From Cenarchaeum sp. (lineage in GTDB: Archaea; Thermoproteota; Nitrososphaeria; Nitrososphaerales; Nitrosopumilaceae), in contig CBDESU010000001.1 in assembly GCA_965242695.1 (NCBI GenBank), positions 1,760,001-1,824,000 on the forward strand: 64,000 nucleotides of DNA, written 5' to 3'. The stretch's first letter is position 1; each line of letters opens with the position of its first letter. A program made the position numbers and the translations under genes. Below the pieces are notes generated by a model. It saw nothing but the letters and a program-made list of their open reading frames with translations. It searched no databases and was not told the DNA's origin. Shown here piece after piece: positions 1-9,347 of this stretch.

Positions 1-1
1 C

Positions 2-490
2 CCATTCATCGTCGTGGCGGCAACCGACGATGCGAGCCTCAACGCCAGGATTGCATCCGAGGCAAGGCAGGCAGGCTGCCTTGCGTACGCCGTCGACAGC
101 CAGGCCGTCAGCGACTTTGCCAACCTGTCGGCAATCGACATCGGCGGGGGCTCTGGGGAACGGGGCGCAGGAATCTCCGTGGCCGTCTCGACCGGCGGGG
201 CGAGCCCCGCCATGGCACGCGAGCTGCGCGCCCGCATCGAGCCGCTCGTCCGCTCCGCCATCACGCCGGCCGACACGGGCATGGTCGCCCTGCATGCGCG
301 CCTCCGCCCCCTGATCGCCGAGCGGATGGCAGGCTCCGGACAGCCGGCGCGCCGCGCGGCCCTTGCCAGGATATCGGCAGACCCCGCCCTCAAACAGTTA
401 TTAGATCACGAAGAGTCCGAGGGGGCGTGGAGGCGGGCAGCGGAGATGCTCGGCGCGATCTGCAATGAGGCAGGGCCTGGTCAACGCTAG
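2..490 (+). CDS. precorrin-2 dehydrogenase / siroheme synthase N-terminal family protein (5' truncated by window)
   Basis: IVVAATDD..LNARI, AVD...DF and ISVAVSTGGASPAMA motifs of SirC/CysG-N; lies upstream of hemA-hemB. Confidence 0.85.
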   Translation, partial: PFIVVAATDDASLNARIASEARQAGCLAYAVDSQAVSDFANLSAIDIGGGSGERGAGISVAVSTGGASPAMARELRARIEPLVRSAITPADTGMVALHARLRPLIAERMAGSGQPARRAALARISADPALKQLLDHEESEGAWRRAAEMLGAICNEAGPGQR

Positions 491-1796
491 GGTCACGTTC
501 CGCTCGTCGCCGATACACGTCCTCGAGCGGTTCACCTTTGCCGACGCCCGCTCGGCCATGTCCGAGTTTCGCTCCCGCTCGGGGCTCGACGAGTGCGTCA
601 TAGTGCAGACGTGCAACCGCGTCGAGCTGTTCGGCGCCGCGCCGTCCCCCGACGAGGGCCTCATACGGAGCACGTGGGCATCGCTGGCGGACGTGCCAGA
701 GTCCGAGTTCGGCGGCAACCTAGAGGTCGGCGGCGGGCGCGACGTGATGGAGCACCTCCTCAGGCTCACGTCGGGCCTGGACTCGATGGTCGTCGGCGAG
801 GAGCAGATACTCGGGCAGGTGCGCGACTCGATCGCCGCCGCTCGCGCGGCCGGCGCGTCCGGCAGGCGCCTCAACACGCTCTTCGACAGGGCCATCAGGG
901 CGGGCGCGCGCATACGCAGCGAGACGGGAATCAGCCGCGGAGGGGTGTCGGTCGGCTCGATGGCCGTGCGCCTTGCCGAGGAGAACATCGACGACATGCG
1001 GTCGCGCAGCGTCCTCCTGATAGGCACCGGCCAGGTCTCGACGCTCGTGGCAAAGTCGCTGCTCCGAAGGGGGTACGCGTTCGGCGTGGCCAGCCGGACC
1101 ATGGAGCGCTCGCGCACGTTCTGCGAGGCCATGGGCGGCGGCTCGCCCGTCGGGTTCGCCGACGCGCTCGCCGGGTTCGCAGGATACGACGTCATGTTCG
1201 TCGCCACCGCCGCCCCCTACTACATGGTGACGCGCGACCGCATCGCGGCGGCCATCGAGCAGAGGCGCGGCGGATGCAAAGGCGGCGGATGCGCGGACGG
1301 GGGAGGCATGATGATCCTCGACCTGTCAAACCCCCGCACCGTAGACGAGCGCGTCGCGACCCTCGGCGGCGTAAAGCTCATGAACCTCGACCAGATAGCC
1401 GAGATGGTCGACAAGAACATGCGCAGCCGCGCGGCAAAGGCCGGCGCCGCAGAGGGCATCATCGCGTCCGAGGAGATGCCGGCCATCGAGTCGGCGATGA
1501 ACCGGCTCGATGCCGAGCCCATCGTCGAGGGGGCCTTCAAGAGGGCCGACGAGGTGCGCGCGCGCGAGCTGCGCAAGGCCCTGCAGATGCTGGGCGAGGA
1601 CGACGCCGATCGCGTGAGGATCATAGACGGCCTGACAAGGGCCGTCGTGGAGGGGATAATGTCCGGCCCCATGAACAACCTGCGGAGGGCGTCCGAGGAG
1701 GGGGATGCAGAGGGCGTGATCGAGGCGGCATCGAGGCTGTTCGGGGACGGCCGCGGCAATGGCGGCGACATGGGGCCAAGGGCCGGCGCACCGTAG
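465..1796 (+). CDS. hemA: glutamyl-tRNA reductase
   Basis: QTCNRVE, SGLDSMVVGEEQILGQV, IGTG Rossmann motif, DLSNPR. Confidence 0.97.
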   Translation: MRQGLVNARVTFRSSPIHVLERFTFADARSAMSEFRSRSGLDECVIVQTCNRVELFGAAPSPDEGLIRSTWASLADVPESEFGGNLEVGGGRDVMEHLLRLTSGLDSMVVGEEQILGQVRDSIAAARAAGASGRRLNTLFDRAIRAGARIRSETGISRGGVSVGSMAVRLAEENIDDMRSRSVLLIGTGQVSTLVAKSLLRRGYAFGVASRTMERSRTFCEAMGGGSPVGFADALAGFAGYDVMFVATAAPYYMVTRDRIAAAIEQRRGGCKGGGCADGGGMMILDLSNPRTVDERVATLGGVKLMNLDQIAEMVDKNMRSRAAKAGAAEGIIASEEMPAIESAMNRLDAEPIVEGAFKRADEVRARELRKALQMLGEDDADRVRIIDGLTRAVVEGIMSGPMNNLRRASEEGDAEGVIEAASRLFGDGRGNGGDMGPRAGAP

Positions 1797-1918
1797 GCGC
1801 ATGCGCCCGCCTCCCAGCACCGGCAATCCAGGAGCAGCCGCCGGCGCGGCCGGGCAGCCGCCGGCGCGGCCATTCGGGCGGCGCGATTGTTATTATGGGC
1901 GCGCCGCCGGCGCGGCCC

Positions 1919-2911
1919 GTGTCGTTTCCGGCAAGGAGGCTCAGGCGCCTGCGCGGGTCCTCCCCCATGCGCGACCTGCTGCGCGAGACGCGCCTCTCGC
2001 CGAAGGACATGGTAAGCCCCCTGTTTGTCCAAGAGGGGCTGTCATCCAAAGCAGAGGTCGACTCGATGCCGGGCGTGTACAGGGTCCCCGTATCCGAGGC
2101 CGCCGCCGAGGCCGGCGACATGCTTGCGGCAGGCGTGCCGGCCGTCATGGTGTTCGGCATACCGGCATCAAAGGACGACGAGGGGTCCTCGGCGTACGAC
2201 GATAGCGGGGTCGTGCAGTCGGCCATATCGGCCATACGCGCGTCCCACGGCGACCGCATGGCGATCATGTCCGACGTGTGCCTCTGCCAGTACACGTCCA
2301 CGGGCCACTGCGGCGTCGTGCGCGGCGGAGTCGTCGACAACGACGAGAGCGCGGAGCTGCTGGCCCGCACGGCCGTCAGCCAGGCAAGGGCCGGCGCGGA
2401 CGTCGTATCGCCGTCGGCAATGATGGACGGGCAGGTCGCCGCCATACGCGCCGCGCTAGACAAGGAGGGGCTCGGGAACGTGGCCATCATGTCGCACTCG
2501 GCAAAGCACCGCTCGTCGATGTACGCGCCGTTTCGCGACGCGGCAGACTGCGCGCCGCAGTTTGGCGACCGCCGCACGTACCAGGTGCCGTACTCGAACG
2601 CCAGGGAGGCGCTGGCCGAGGTCGAGTCCGACGTGGCCGAGGGCGTCGACATCGTAATGATAAAGCCGGCCCTCGCGTACCTCGACCTCATAGCCGAGTC
2701 GAGGCGAAGGTTCGGAGTTCCCGTCGCGGCGTACAGCGTGTCCGGCGAGTACTCGCTCGTCTCGGCTGCCGCGAGGCTCGGCTGGGTCGACGGCGAGCAG
2801 GTCATGCTCGAGATGCTCACGTCGATGAGGCGCGCCGGCGCCGACATCATAGTCACGTACTTTGCAAGGGCGGCGGCCCGGGCCCTGGCGGCCGGAAAGG
2901 GCGGGGCCTAG
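1919..2911 (+). CDS. hemB: porphobilinogen synthase (ALA dehydratase)
   Basis: SFPARRLRRLR N-terminus (GTG 1919; ATG 1895 alternative), DVCLCQYTSTGHCG zinc motif, SPSAMMDGQV, MIKPAL, AYSVSGEY. Confidence 0.97.
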   Translation: MSFPARRLRRLRGSSPMRDLLRETRLSPKDMVSPLFVQEGLSSKAEVDSMPGVYRVPVSEAAAEAGDMLAAGVPAVMVFGIPASKDDEGSSAYDDSGVVQSAISAIRASHGDRMAIMSDVCLCQYTSTGHCGVVRGGVVDNDESAELLARTAVSQARAGADVVSPSAMMDGQVAAIRAALDKEGLGNVAIMSHSAKHRSSMYAPFRDAADCAPQFGDRRTYQVPYSNAREALAEVESDVAEGVDIVMIKPALAYLDLIAESRRRFGVPVAAYSVSGEYSLVSAAARLGWVDGEQVMLEMLTSMRRAGADIIVTYFARAAARALAAGKGGA

Positions 2912-2924
2912 GCGGCGATGCCGC

Positions 2925-3239
2925 ATGAGGGACGACGAGAGGTTCGAGATAGAGCGCGCGTTCGACCTGCTGCCGCACGTCGTCGGCGCCAGCTGGGCGA
3001 CCGCGTGGTTCCGCCTGTCGGGGATCAAGAGGCCCACGCGCGACGAGTTTCGCGCAAAGGCGGCCGAGTACTTTGGGATGCCCGGCGCGCTGTACTGCGC
3101 GTTCGACGGCTCCGGCGGCAGCCTGGGCGAGATGTCGGCGTACATCGCAAGGAGGCGCGGGGAGGAGTCGGCCCGCATCCTCGGCGGGCAGAACAGGGAG
3201 ATCGAGCGGCGGTACGACAGGTACGTCGACTACGGCTAG
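2925..3239 (+). CDS. conserved hypothetical protein
   Basis: MRDDERFEIERAFDLLPHVVG...RYDRYVDYG; coding-like codon usage directly after hemB. Confidence 0.75.
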   Translation: MRDDERFEIERAFDLLPHVVGASWATAWFRLSGIKRPTRDEFRAKAAEYFGMPGALYCAFDGSGGSLGEMSAYIARRRGEESARILGGQNREIERRYDRYVDYG

Positions 3240-3260
3240 GGCCCCTGCGCGGGCGGCCCC

Positions 3261-4142
3261 CTACGGCCCCCTCTCGTACAGGTTCACCGTGACCTTTGTC
3301 ACGGACTTGTCGAGCGCGTCGGGCAGGACGAGCAGGAGGCCGCCGCCGGGCCCCACGCCCGTGCAGGCCCCGCTGAAGCTCCTCATGTTCCTCGCCGAGC
3401 AGCCCCGCTCCCCGCTCGCCTCGAACCCGCCGTCCCCGTAGTACGCGTCGCGCTGCGACTCTGACGGGACAAAGTACGCGTCGATGCCGATCCCGGCCGC
3501 ATCGGTGCGCACGCTGTACTCGTACGTCGTCGACGTCTCGGCCGACGTGCACACGGGGATGAACTGCGCGTACCCCGAGCGCATCAGCGAGTCGTGGTCG
3601 GCCCCGCCGTACGCCTCGTTCGGCACGCTCGGGTACATCGAGACGGACGGGTCTATGTGGAGCTGCCCGCCCTGCAGGTACTCGATCTCGTGGCGCACGG
3701 CGTCGATGGCCCTGCGGTACAGTATCGGCTGCCACTCGTCGCGGCACTCGCTGAACCCGTGCCGGAGCTCGACGTACTCTTTTCCGCCCGCCGAGAGGAG
3801 CCGGTTTTCGTTGTACGTTGCGGCATCGCCCCCCGCGCCTTCGCCCTCGCCGCCGCGGCTCTTGTACCACGAGTTGGTCACCTCGAATATTATGTTGCGC
3901 GGGTGGCTGTCCCATTCGGGCTGCAGGTGGACGTACACCGAGTACCGGTTGGCCACCTGCTCCGCGTCGCCTGCGCCGAGCAGGTGCCCGAACAGCGCGT
4001 TGGACAGGACCAGTGCGAACGCCGCGGCGGGCACCGCCACGTACAGGATGCGCCGGTCCACGGGCCGCCGGCGGCGGCGGCCGGATTTACCCGTTTGCGG
4101 CAGCCCGCGGCGGCCGCGCCGGCCCCGGCCTACAGGCGCCAC
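3261..4142 (-). CDS. membrane-anchored hypothetical protein
   Basis: N-terminal hydrophobic helix (ILYVAVPAAAFALVLSNAL) followed by a soluble domain; start may be GTG near 4061. Confidence 0.7.
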   Translation of the reverse strand: MAPVGRGRRGRRGLPQTGKSGRRRRRPVDRRILYVAVPAAAFALVLSNALFGHLLGAGDAEQVANRYSVYVHLQPEWDSHPRNIIFEVTNSWYKSRGGEGEGAGGDAATYNENRLLSAGGKEYVELRHGFSECRDEWQPILYRRAIDAVRHEIEYLQGGQLHIDPSVSMYPSVPNEAYGGADHDSLMRSGYAQFIPVCTSAETSTTYEYSVRTDAAGIGIDAYFVPSESQRDAYYGDGGFEASGERGCSARNMRSFSGACTGVGPGGGLLLVLPDALDKSVTKVTVNLYERGP

Positions 4143-4756
4143 AGCCGCGGCCGCACCAGCCGCAGGCGGCGCTCGGACAGGAGGAGAGCCCAGTCTATCG
4201 AGGCGAACAGGACCACGGCGGCAACTCCGGCCGCGTCTGCCACGAGTATGCCGACGAGCCGGTCCTCGAACATGTCGAGCAGCGGCACGAGGACTGCGCC
4301 GCTCACCGAGATCATCACATAGTACGACACGGCGCGCCCCGCCCAGAACCCGGCGTACAGGCCCGCGCTGCGCGCCCCCATCAGCCCGTACGCCACGAAC
4401 AGCATGTTGCTCGGCAGGGGCGTGGCTGCGAACAGGAACGAGGCCGCCGCGTACCCGTACCTCTTGCCGTTGAGGTACGCGCCGATCGCGTCAAGGCGCG
4501 ATCGCTGCTCCCCGGCGGCGAACCTCCTGAACATGCCGCTTGCGCGCTTGAGGATCATCCGGCCGGCCGTCGCGCCGGTCGCCCCCACAAGGGCCAGCGC
4601 TAGCGGGTCGAACCCCGCGGGATCGACCGCGTACAGCGACGAGAGGACGATCCAGGTAGGCGGCATCAGCAGCGGGGATGCGTTGAGGGCCACCAGGATC
4701 GCAAGGACGCCGGCGTACGACAGGCCCGCGATCGCCTCGAGCAGGTCGGCAGCCAC
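4130..4756 (-). CDS. DedA/VTT-like membrane protein
   Basis: Multiple TM segments, LNASPLLMPPTW and FAATPLPSN motifs; GTG start at 4756 inferred. Confidence 0.7.
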   Translation of the reverse strand: MAADLLEAIAGLSYAGVLAILVALNASPLLMPPTWIVLSSLYAVDPAGFDPLALALVGATGATAGRMILKRASGMFRRFAAGEQRSRLDAIGAYLNGKRYGYAAASFLFAATPLPSNMLFVAYGLMGARSAGLYAGFWAGRAVSYYVMISVSGAVLVPLLDMFEDRLVGILVADAAGVAAVVLFASIDWALLLSERRLRLVRPRLWRL

Positions 4757-4884
4757 GGCCGGCCCTAGTGCCGTGCGTACAAAATCCTTCCCCAGGGGGC
4801 GGCGGGGCGCCCGCCGCCGGCATCCAGGGGCAAAGAAGACAAAATGTCCGGCAATCTTATAGCCAAGTGCGGGCGCTTCAATGC

Positions 4885-5007
4885 ATGTCTTGCATCCTGT
4901 GGAAGTGCTACAGGTGCGATCTGGCATTCAGGGACGAGGTGCATGCCCGCATGCACGAGGAGATATCGGGCCATGTGCCGACCAAGGTAAGGGCAGTGGC
5001 CGCCTAG
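4885..5007 (+). CDS. small C2H2-type zinc finger protein
   Basis: 40 aa, WKCYRC-x12-HEEISGH; TATA-like cttata about 25 nt upstream. Confidence 0.7.
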   Translation: MSCILWKCYRCDLAFRDEVHARMHEEISGHVPTKVRAVAA

Positions 5008-6914
5008 CCGCCCCCGCCGCCGCCCCTGGCGCCAGCGCGCCGCGCCACCGACGCGTGGGACGGGTCCAGGTCGCGCCACACCACGTCGTAGCCTACGGCG
5101 GAGAGCATGTCGCCGTGGCACGATGCAGGGATGCCGTGGCCGTCCAGGATTCCGCACACGTCCGCGAACCGGCCGCCGGCGCCGACGGCGGCGGCGACGG
5201 CGGCCGACTTTTCGGCCGATGCGTAGTACCTGCCGGCCACCAGCACATGGCCCGGCAGCCTGCTGCCGAGTATGCGGACGGCCGCCTCGACGGGCGCGCC
5301 CAGGCGCTCGGCAAGCCCATGCGCGTCGACCAGCCCGCCGGCCTGCCCGGACTCGATGGCCGCGTCGATGGCCGCGGCGGCGGCCGCATCCCCGCCGGCC
5401 GGGCCGCCGGCGGCCCCCGCCGCCGCCGCATCGACCTTTTCGGCCACGATCTCGGCGTCGACTGCGGCCAGGCGCTCGAGGACGGGCTTGAGCGGGACGT
5501 CTCCGGAAAACGCGAATATCCTGCCGGCGGCGGCCCCGCGGCCGGCGCCGCGCCCCACGTCGAGCACGCCCTGCGAGCAGGCAAGGCCCGAGTCGACGGC
5601 GACCAGCAGGTCCGCCGGCGGGGCCCCGCCGCTGCCCTCGAGCAGGGCCGCGACCTTTTCGGACTTTTTCCGCATGTAGTCGCGCGTCCAGAATCCGACT
5701 ATCTCCAGGTACACGCGCCTGCCGAAGCGCTCGAACGCAAAGTCCGGTATCATCGCCCTGCCGGCGGCGATCAGCGGGTCGGGCTCGCGCACGAGGCGCC
5801 ACCCAAGGTGGTCCGCCGCGGGCCGCCGCGCCGCATCGGCGCCCCCCGCATGCCCCGCATCCCGCGGGGCAAAGTGCGACTCGAACGCGGCCGCAAACCT
5901 CTCCTCGACCGAGCTGTCGTACGGCGCCGGATCGCCTCCCCCGCCGCCGCCCGGCATCCGGAGGAGCGCCCCGTGGGCCTTGTCGGACAGGGCGAAGCGG
6001 TAGAGGCGCGGGCCCTCGGGATCGTCCGTGTGGCGCACTATCGTGCCGGACACCTCCCAGCCCGGGGCGGCCATTACGGCGGGCAGAACTCGCGCCATGG
6101 CCGTGCCGTACCTGTCCGTCATGCGGAACAGCGACTCGGGCCCCTCTACCGTGCAGCTTGCCACCTCTGCGCGCGGCTCGCCGTCCGGTCCCCGCACGGG
6201 CTCTAGCACGTACATGAGCCGGCGCCTCTTGACCTCGCGAAGCACCCTCTTCCAGTGGGCGCCGCCGCGCAGCCGCACCTCCATCGAGGTGCACCGGAAC
6301 AGGAGCGTCTGCGCAAGCGATCTGTTGTACAGGACGGCCAGCTCGGGCGCTCCCACCGGCCTGAACCGCCGCACCAGCATGCGCTCCTCCGAGTCGTTCC
6401 ACATGGCCTCCTCCAGGTCGTCCTCGCCGATCCCCATGCCGCGCGCCACGGATGCGACTATCGAGGCGCGGCCCTCGCCGGAGAGGGCCAGGCCGCGGGC
6501 CGCCGACTCTTCGAACAGGCGGCGGCGGGCCGTCTGGGGCGCCACGGCGGACCTTGGCGCGGCAAACTCGGTGCGCCGCTCCAGCATGGCAAACAGGCCG
6601 CGCACCAGGCGGTGGTCGCCTCCGTGCTCGAGCCTTGTCGCCGCCTCCAAGAGGCTGGCGCGCGTGGCCGGCCCCGCCGGCAGGCCCCCGCCGGCCCCGC
6701 CGCCCCCGGCCCGCTCCCCCGATGCCGAGTTGGCGGCCGCGGCAGAGGCAAACGCGGCGATCAGCTCGGATGCGGCCCTTGCGTCGGCGCCGTCCGGATC
6801 GGCCGAGCAGAACATGGGGTCATCCTCCCCCGCCGGGTCGTCGTCCTGAGCAGGTCGAGCGGGAGCATCAGCGGCGCCCCCGCCGCCGCGGACGCGGCCT
6901 GCGGCGCGCGGCAT
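5004..6914 (-). CDS. bax1: DUF790 family / Bax1 endonuclease
   Basis: YNRSLAQTLLF, VEGPESLFRMTDRYG, YDSSVEERF, REPDPL, IPDF, YLEIVGFWT..Y; directly downstream of XPB. Confidence 0.9.
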   Translation of the reverse strand: MPRAAGRVRGGGGAADAPARPAQDDDPAGEDDPMFCSADPDGADARAASELIAAFASAAAANSASGERAGGGGAGGGLPAGPATRASLLEAATRLEHGGDHRLVRGLFAMLERRTEFAAPRSAVAPQTARRRLFEESAARGLALSGEGRASIVASVARGMGIGEDDLEEAMWNDSEERMLVRRFRPVGAPELAVLYNRSLAQTLLFRCTSMEVRLRGGAHWKRVLREVKRRRLMYVLEPVRGPDGEPRAEVASCTVEGPESLFRMTDRYGTAMARVLPAVMAAPGWEVSGTIVRHTDDPEGPRLYRFALSDKAHGALLRMPGGGGGGDPAPYDSSVEERFAAAFESHFAPRDAGHAGGADAARRPAADHLGWRLVREPDPLIAAGRAMIPDFAFERFGRRVYLEIVGFWTRDYMRKKSEKVAALLEGSGGAPPADLLVAVDSGLACSQGVLDVGRGAGRGAAAGRIFAFSGDVPLKPVLERLAAVDAEIVAEKVDAAAAGAAGGPAGGDAAAAAAIDAAIESGQAGGLVDAHGLAERLGAPVEAAVRILGSRLPGHVLVAGRYYASAEKSAAVAAAVGAGGRFADVCGILDGHGIPASCHGDMLSAVGYDVVWRDLDPSHASVARRAGARGGGGGG

Positions 6915-6938
6915 GGCGTGCTCCCCCGGGCGGAGCCG

Positions 6939-8486
6939 TCATTTCCCCCGCTCCCCTGCGGCCGGCGGGCCGGCCGCGGCCACCGCCCCGCCGTCCCTGC
7001 GGTTGCTGCGCGCCAGCGCCCCCATCCTCTTGGCGCTCGTCCCCGTCTCGCGCGTCTGGTCCGAGACGACCTCCACTATGCGCGCCCGCCCGCCGCCGGC
7101 CTTTGGCCGCAGCAGGCGGCCGAGCCGCTGTATGAGCTCGCGGCCGCTGCCCGTCCCGCTCAGGATGACGCCGAGCTGCGCGTCGGGCACGTCGACGCCC
7201 TCGTCGAGCACGCGGGACGTGGCGATCACGGGGTACCGCCCCGTGCGGAAGCCGCCGAGCACGTCCCGGCGCTCGTCCTTTGGCGTCCGGTGCGTTATGG
7301 ACGGGACCAGAAAGCGGGTCGAGACGGCGCGGACCATGCGGTTGTTGTGGGTGAATACGATGGTGCGCACGCCGGCGTGCTCCTCTAGTATCGAGCGCAG
7401 CTCGTCGAGCTTTGCAGAGCTGTTCATCGCAATCTCGGCGGCCCTGTTCCTGGCCAGCAGGGCCTCGCGGGCCGCCCTGTTCCGGTTGGACATCATTATG
7501 AGGCGCCGCAGCGTGTGCGCCGACGGCGTCGTCAGCCCGAGGCGCCGCATCCCAGACAGGAAGCGGCCCTGCGCCTCGTCGTACTCGGCCTGCTCGCCGT
7601 CCGCGAGCCTCACGCGCCGGCGCTCGACGTCGTACGGGGCCAGGTGCCCCTGCCCAGACAGCGCGGCCGGCCCCACCCGGAACACGACCCCGCCGGCCAG
7701 GCGCGGCACCAGCTCGTGCAGGCCGTCGTCCCTCTCGAGCGTCGCGGTCAGCCCGAGGCGGCGCGGGGCGATCAGGCACTCTGCTATCGTCCTGTACCCG
7801 CGCGCCGGCAGGTGGTGCACCTCGTCGAACACGACAAGCCCAAACCTGGATCCCACCGACTGGGCCCTGGCGTACGCCGAGTCGTACGTGGCCACCGTCA
7901 GGGCCGACAGGCTGTCGCCGCCGCCGCCGAGCCGCCCAATCTCCGGCGTCGCGCCGCGCGCCGAGCCGGCGCGCAGGTGCCTTGCCAGAACGCCGGCCCA
8001 CTGGTCCATAAGGTCGATGGTCGGCACGACGACGAGCGCCGGCACGCCAGCCTCCTGTATGGCCCGCACGGCGACGGCCGTCTTGCCGGCCCCCGTCGGC
8101 ATTACGACGCAGCCCCTCATCGAGGCGGCCTTCCAGCTGGAGAACGCGCGCTGCTGGTACGTGCGCAGCCTTAGGCCGCGCAGCGCAAGCGGCTCGGCGG
8201 GGAGGTAGTCGCGCGCGCGATCGACAAAGGGGATTCCGCTCTCCGACAGGTACGATGCAATCTCGGCGTAGTGCATCGCGCGGGCCCTGAGGGCGCCGGC
8301 GCCGGCGGCCGACGAGCCCGCCGCGCGCTCCTCCGTGCGCGTATTGGGGATGGCGACCGTGCCGGCCCCCTCGACCAGCAGCGTTCCGGCATCGAACGAC
8401 AGCACGATGCGCCCGCCCGGATCGGATCCCGCGGCCCCGCCTGCGCCGCCCTCCTGCGGCCCTGCCTGCGAGCGGGCGGCGATCAC
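6939..8486 (-). CDS. xpb: XPB/Rad25-family SF2 DNA helicase
   Basis: LRTYQ, MPTGAGKT, DEVHH, LGLTAT, VLDEGVDVP, QRLGRLLR; paired with Bax1. Confidence 0.92.
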   Translation of the reverse strand: MIAARSQAGPQEGGAGGAAGSDPGGRIVLSFDAGTLLVEGAGTVAIPNTRTEERAAGSSAAGAGALRARAMHYAEIASYLSESGIPFVDRARDYLPAEPLALRGLRLRTYQQRAFSSWKAASMRGCVVMPTGAGKTAVAVRAIQEAGVPALVVVPTIDLMDQWAGVLARHLRAGSARGATPEIGRLGGGGDSLSALTVATYDSAYARAQSVGSRFGLVVFDEVHHLPARGYRTIAECLIAPRRLGLTATLERDDGLHELVPRLAGGVVFRVGPAALSGQGHLAPYDVERRRVRLADGEQAEYDEAQGRFLSGMRRLGLTTPSAHTLRRLIMMSNRNRAAREALLARNRAAEIAMNSSAKLDELRSILEEHAGVRTIVFTHNNRMVRAVSTRFLVPSITHRTPKDERRDVLGGFRTGRYPVIATSRVLDEGVDVPDAQLGVILSGTGSGRELIQRLGRLLRPKAGGGRARIVEVVSDQTRETGTSAKRMGALARSNRRDGGAVAAAGPPAAGERGK

Positions 8487-8559
8487 GCCGCGGCCTAGCG
8501 CGGAGGGTATAACGGCATTGCGGCGCGGGGCCGGGGAGCGGCGGACGGCGGGGGCCGGA

Positions 8560-8658
8560 TGGTGCAGGGGACGGGATTCGAACCCGCGAACCCCTAGGAG
8601 AGGGGATGTCCCGGGACACTTGAGTCCCCCCCATTTGACCAGGCTTTGGTACCCCTGC
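8560..8658 (-). tRNA. tRNA-Leu(CAA) with 11-nt intron at 37/38 and encoded CCA
   Basis: Minus strand reads GCAGGGGTACCAAAGCCTGGTCAAATGG-GGGGA-CT-CAA-G[TGTCCCGGGAC]A-TCCCC-variable arm-GCGGGTTCGAATCCCGT-CCCCTGCACCA; intron at 8608-8618. Confidence 0.93.
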
Positions 8659-8751
8659 GCGCGCCCTGCGGCGCGGCCGTATTTGTCGATTGTGGACGGG
8701 CCGGCGCCTGCGGCACCGCGCCCTGCGGGCCGGCCTGCGCAGGCCTCCAGG

Positions 8752-8849
8752 GGGCGATCGGGCCGGCCGCAGGCGCCTTGCCAGGACGGGCAGGCGGTCG
8801 AGCATGGCGTCTGAACGAGGGCGATCGGGCCGGCCGCAGGCGCCTTGCC
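8752..8849. repeat. repeat-spacer-repeat unit: 31-bp perfect direct repeat around a 36-nt insert
   Basis: GGGCGATCGGGCCGGCCGCAGGCGCCTTGCC at 8752-8782 and 8819-8849. Confidence 0.9.
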
Positions 8850-8981
8850 GCCCCTCTCCCCACCCCCCCCCCCCCACCCCCGCCGCCCGGCTCAGCCGAT
8901 GCCGGCCCCGACCGCAACGCCGGCAGGGGCCGGGCGGCAAGCATGGGCGCGGCGCGGGCCGCGGATCCGCCCCTAGCAAAC

Positions 8982-8988
8982 TTTATAA
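8982..8988 (+). promoter_or_regulatory. archaeal TATA box of ssb
   Basis: TTTATAA with an upstream A-rich BRE-like sequence, about 25-30 nt before ATG 9012 (leaderless arrangement). Confidence 0.7.
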
Positions 8989-9011
8989 TCACCCCCGGTC
9001 GGCGCCGCGCC

Positions 9012-9326
9012 ATGAGCAGCAACGAGACTGTGACGACGGAGCAGGCCAAGAACATGCGCAGCGGCGTCAACATAGAGGCCGCGCTGACCAGAAAGGGAGA
9101 GTCCAGGACGGTCAACACAAAGGCGGGCAACCAGATCAACGTGTGCGATGCGTACCTAAAGGACGACGCAGGCGAGATCAAGCTCACCCTGTGGGGCGAC
9201 GACATTGAAAAGGTCAAGGATGGCGACCGCGTCAAGATCACCAACGGCTACATCAGCGAGTTCAGGGGAGAAGTGGCCCTTACAAAGGGCAAGTTCGGCA
9301 AGATGGACGTCACGCCCGGCGCCTAG
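9012..9326 (+). CDS. ssb: single-OB-fold single-stranded DNA-binding protein
   Basis: RTVNTKAG, VCDAYLKDDAGEIKLTLWGDD, VKITNGY, LTKGKFG: crenarchaeal/thaumarchaeal SSB type. Confidence 0.88.
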   Translation: MSSNETVTTEQAKNMRSGVNIEAALTRKGESRTVNTKAGNQINVCDAYLKDDAGEIKLTLWGDDIEKVKDGDRVKITNGYISEFRGEVALTKGKFGKMDVTPGA

Positions 9327-9347
9327 CCCGGCGGCCCAGTGCCAGCC

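Noticed and set aside
593-1894. Long N-terminal extension of hemB, and similar extensions called on nadX, PAP2, hppA and ctaB
   Set aside because: Shadow frames caused by high GC, overlapping real genes or intergenic DNA; family N-termini indicate later starts.
8560-8700. Integrative element at tRNA-Leu
   Set aside because: No integrase and no duplicated tRNA 3' end seen in the window; the flanking genes are housekeeping.
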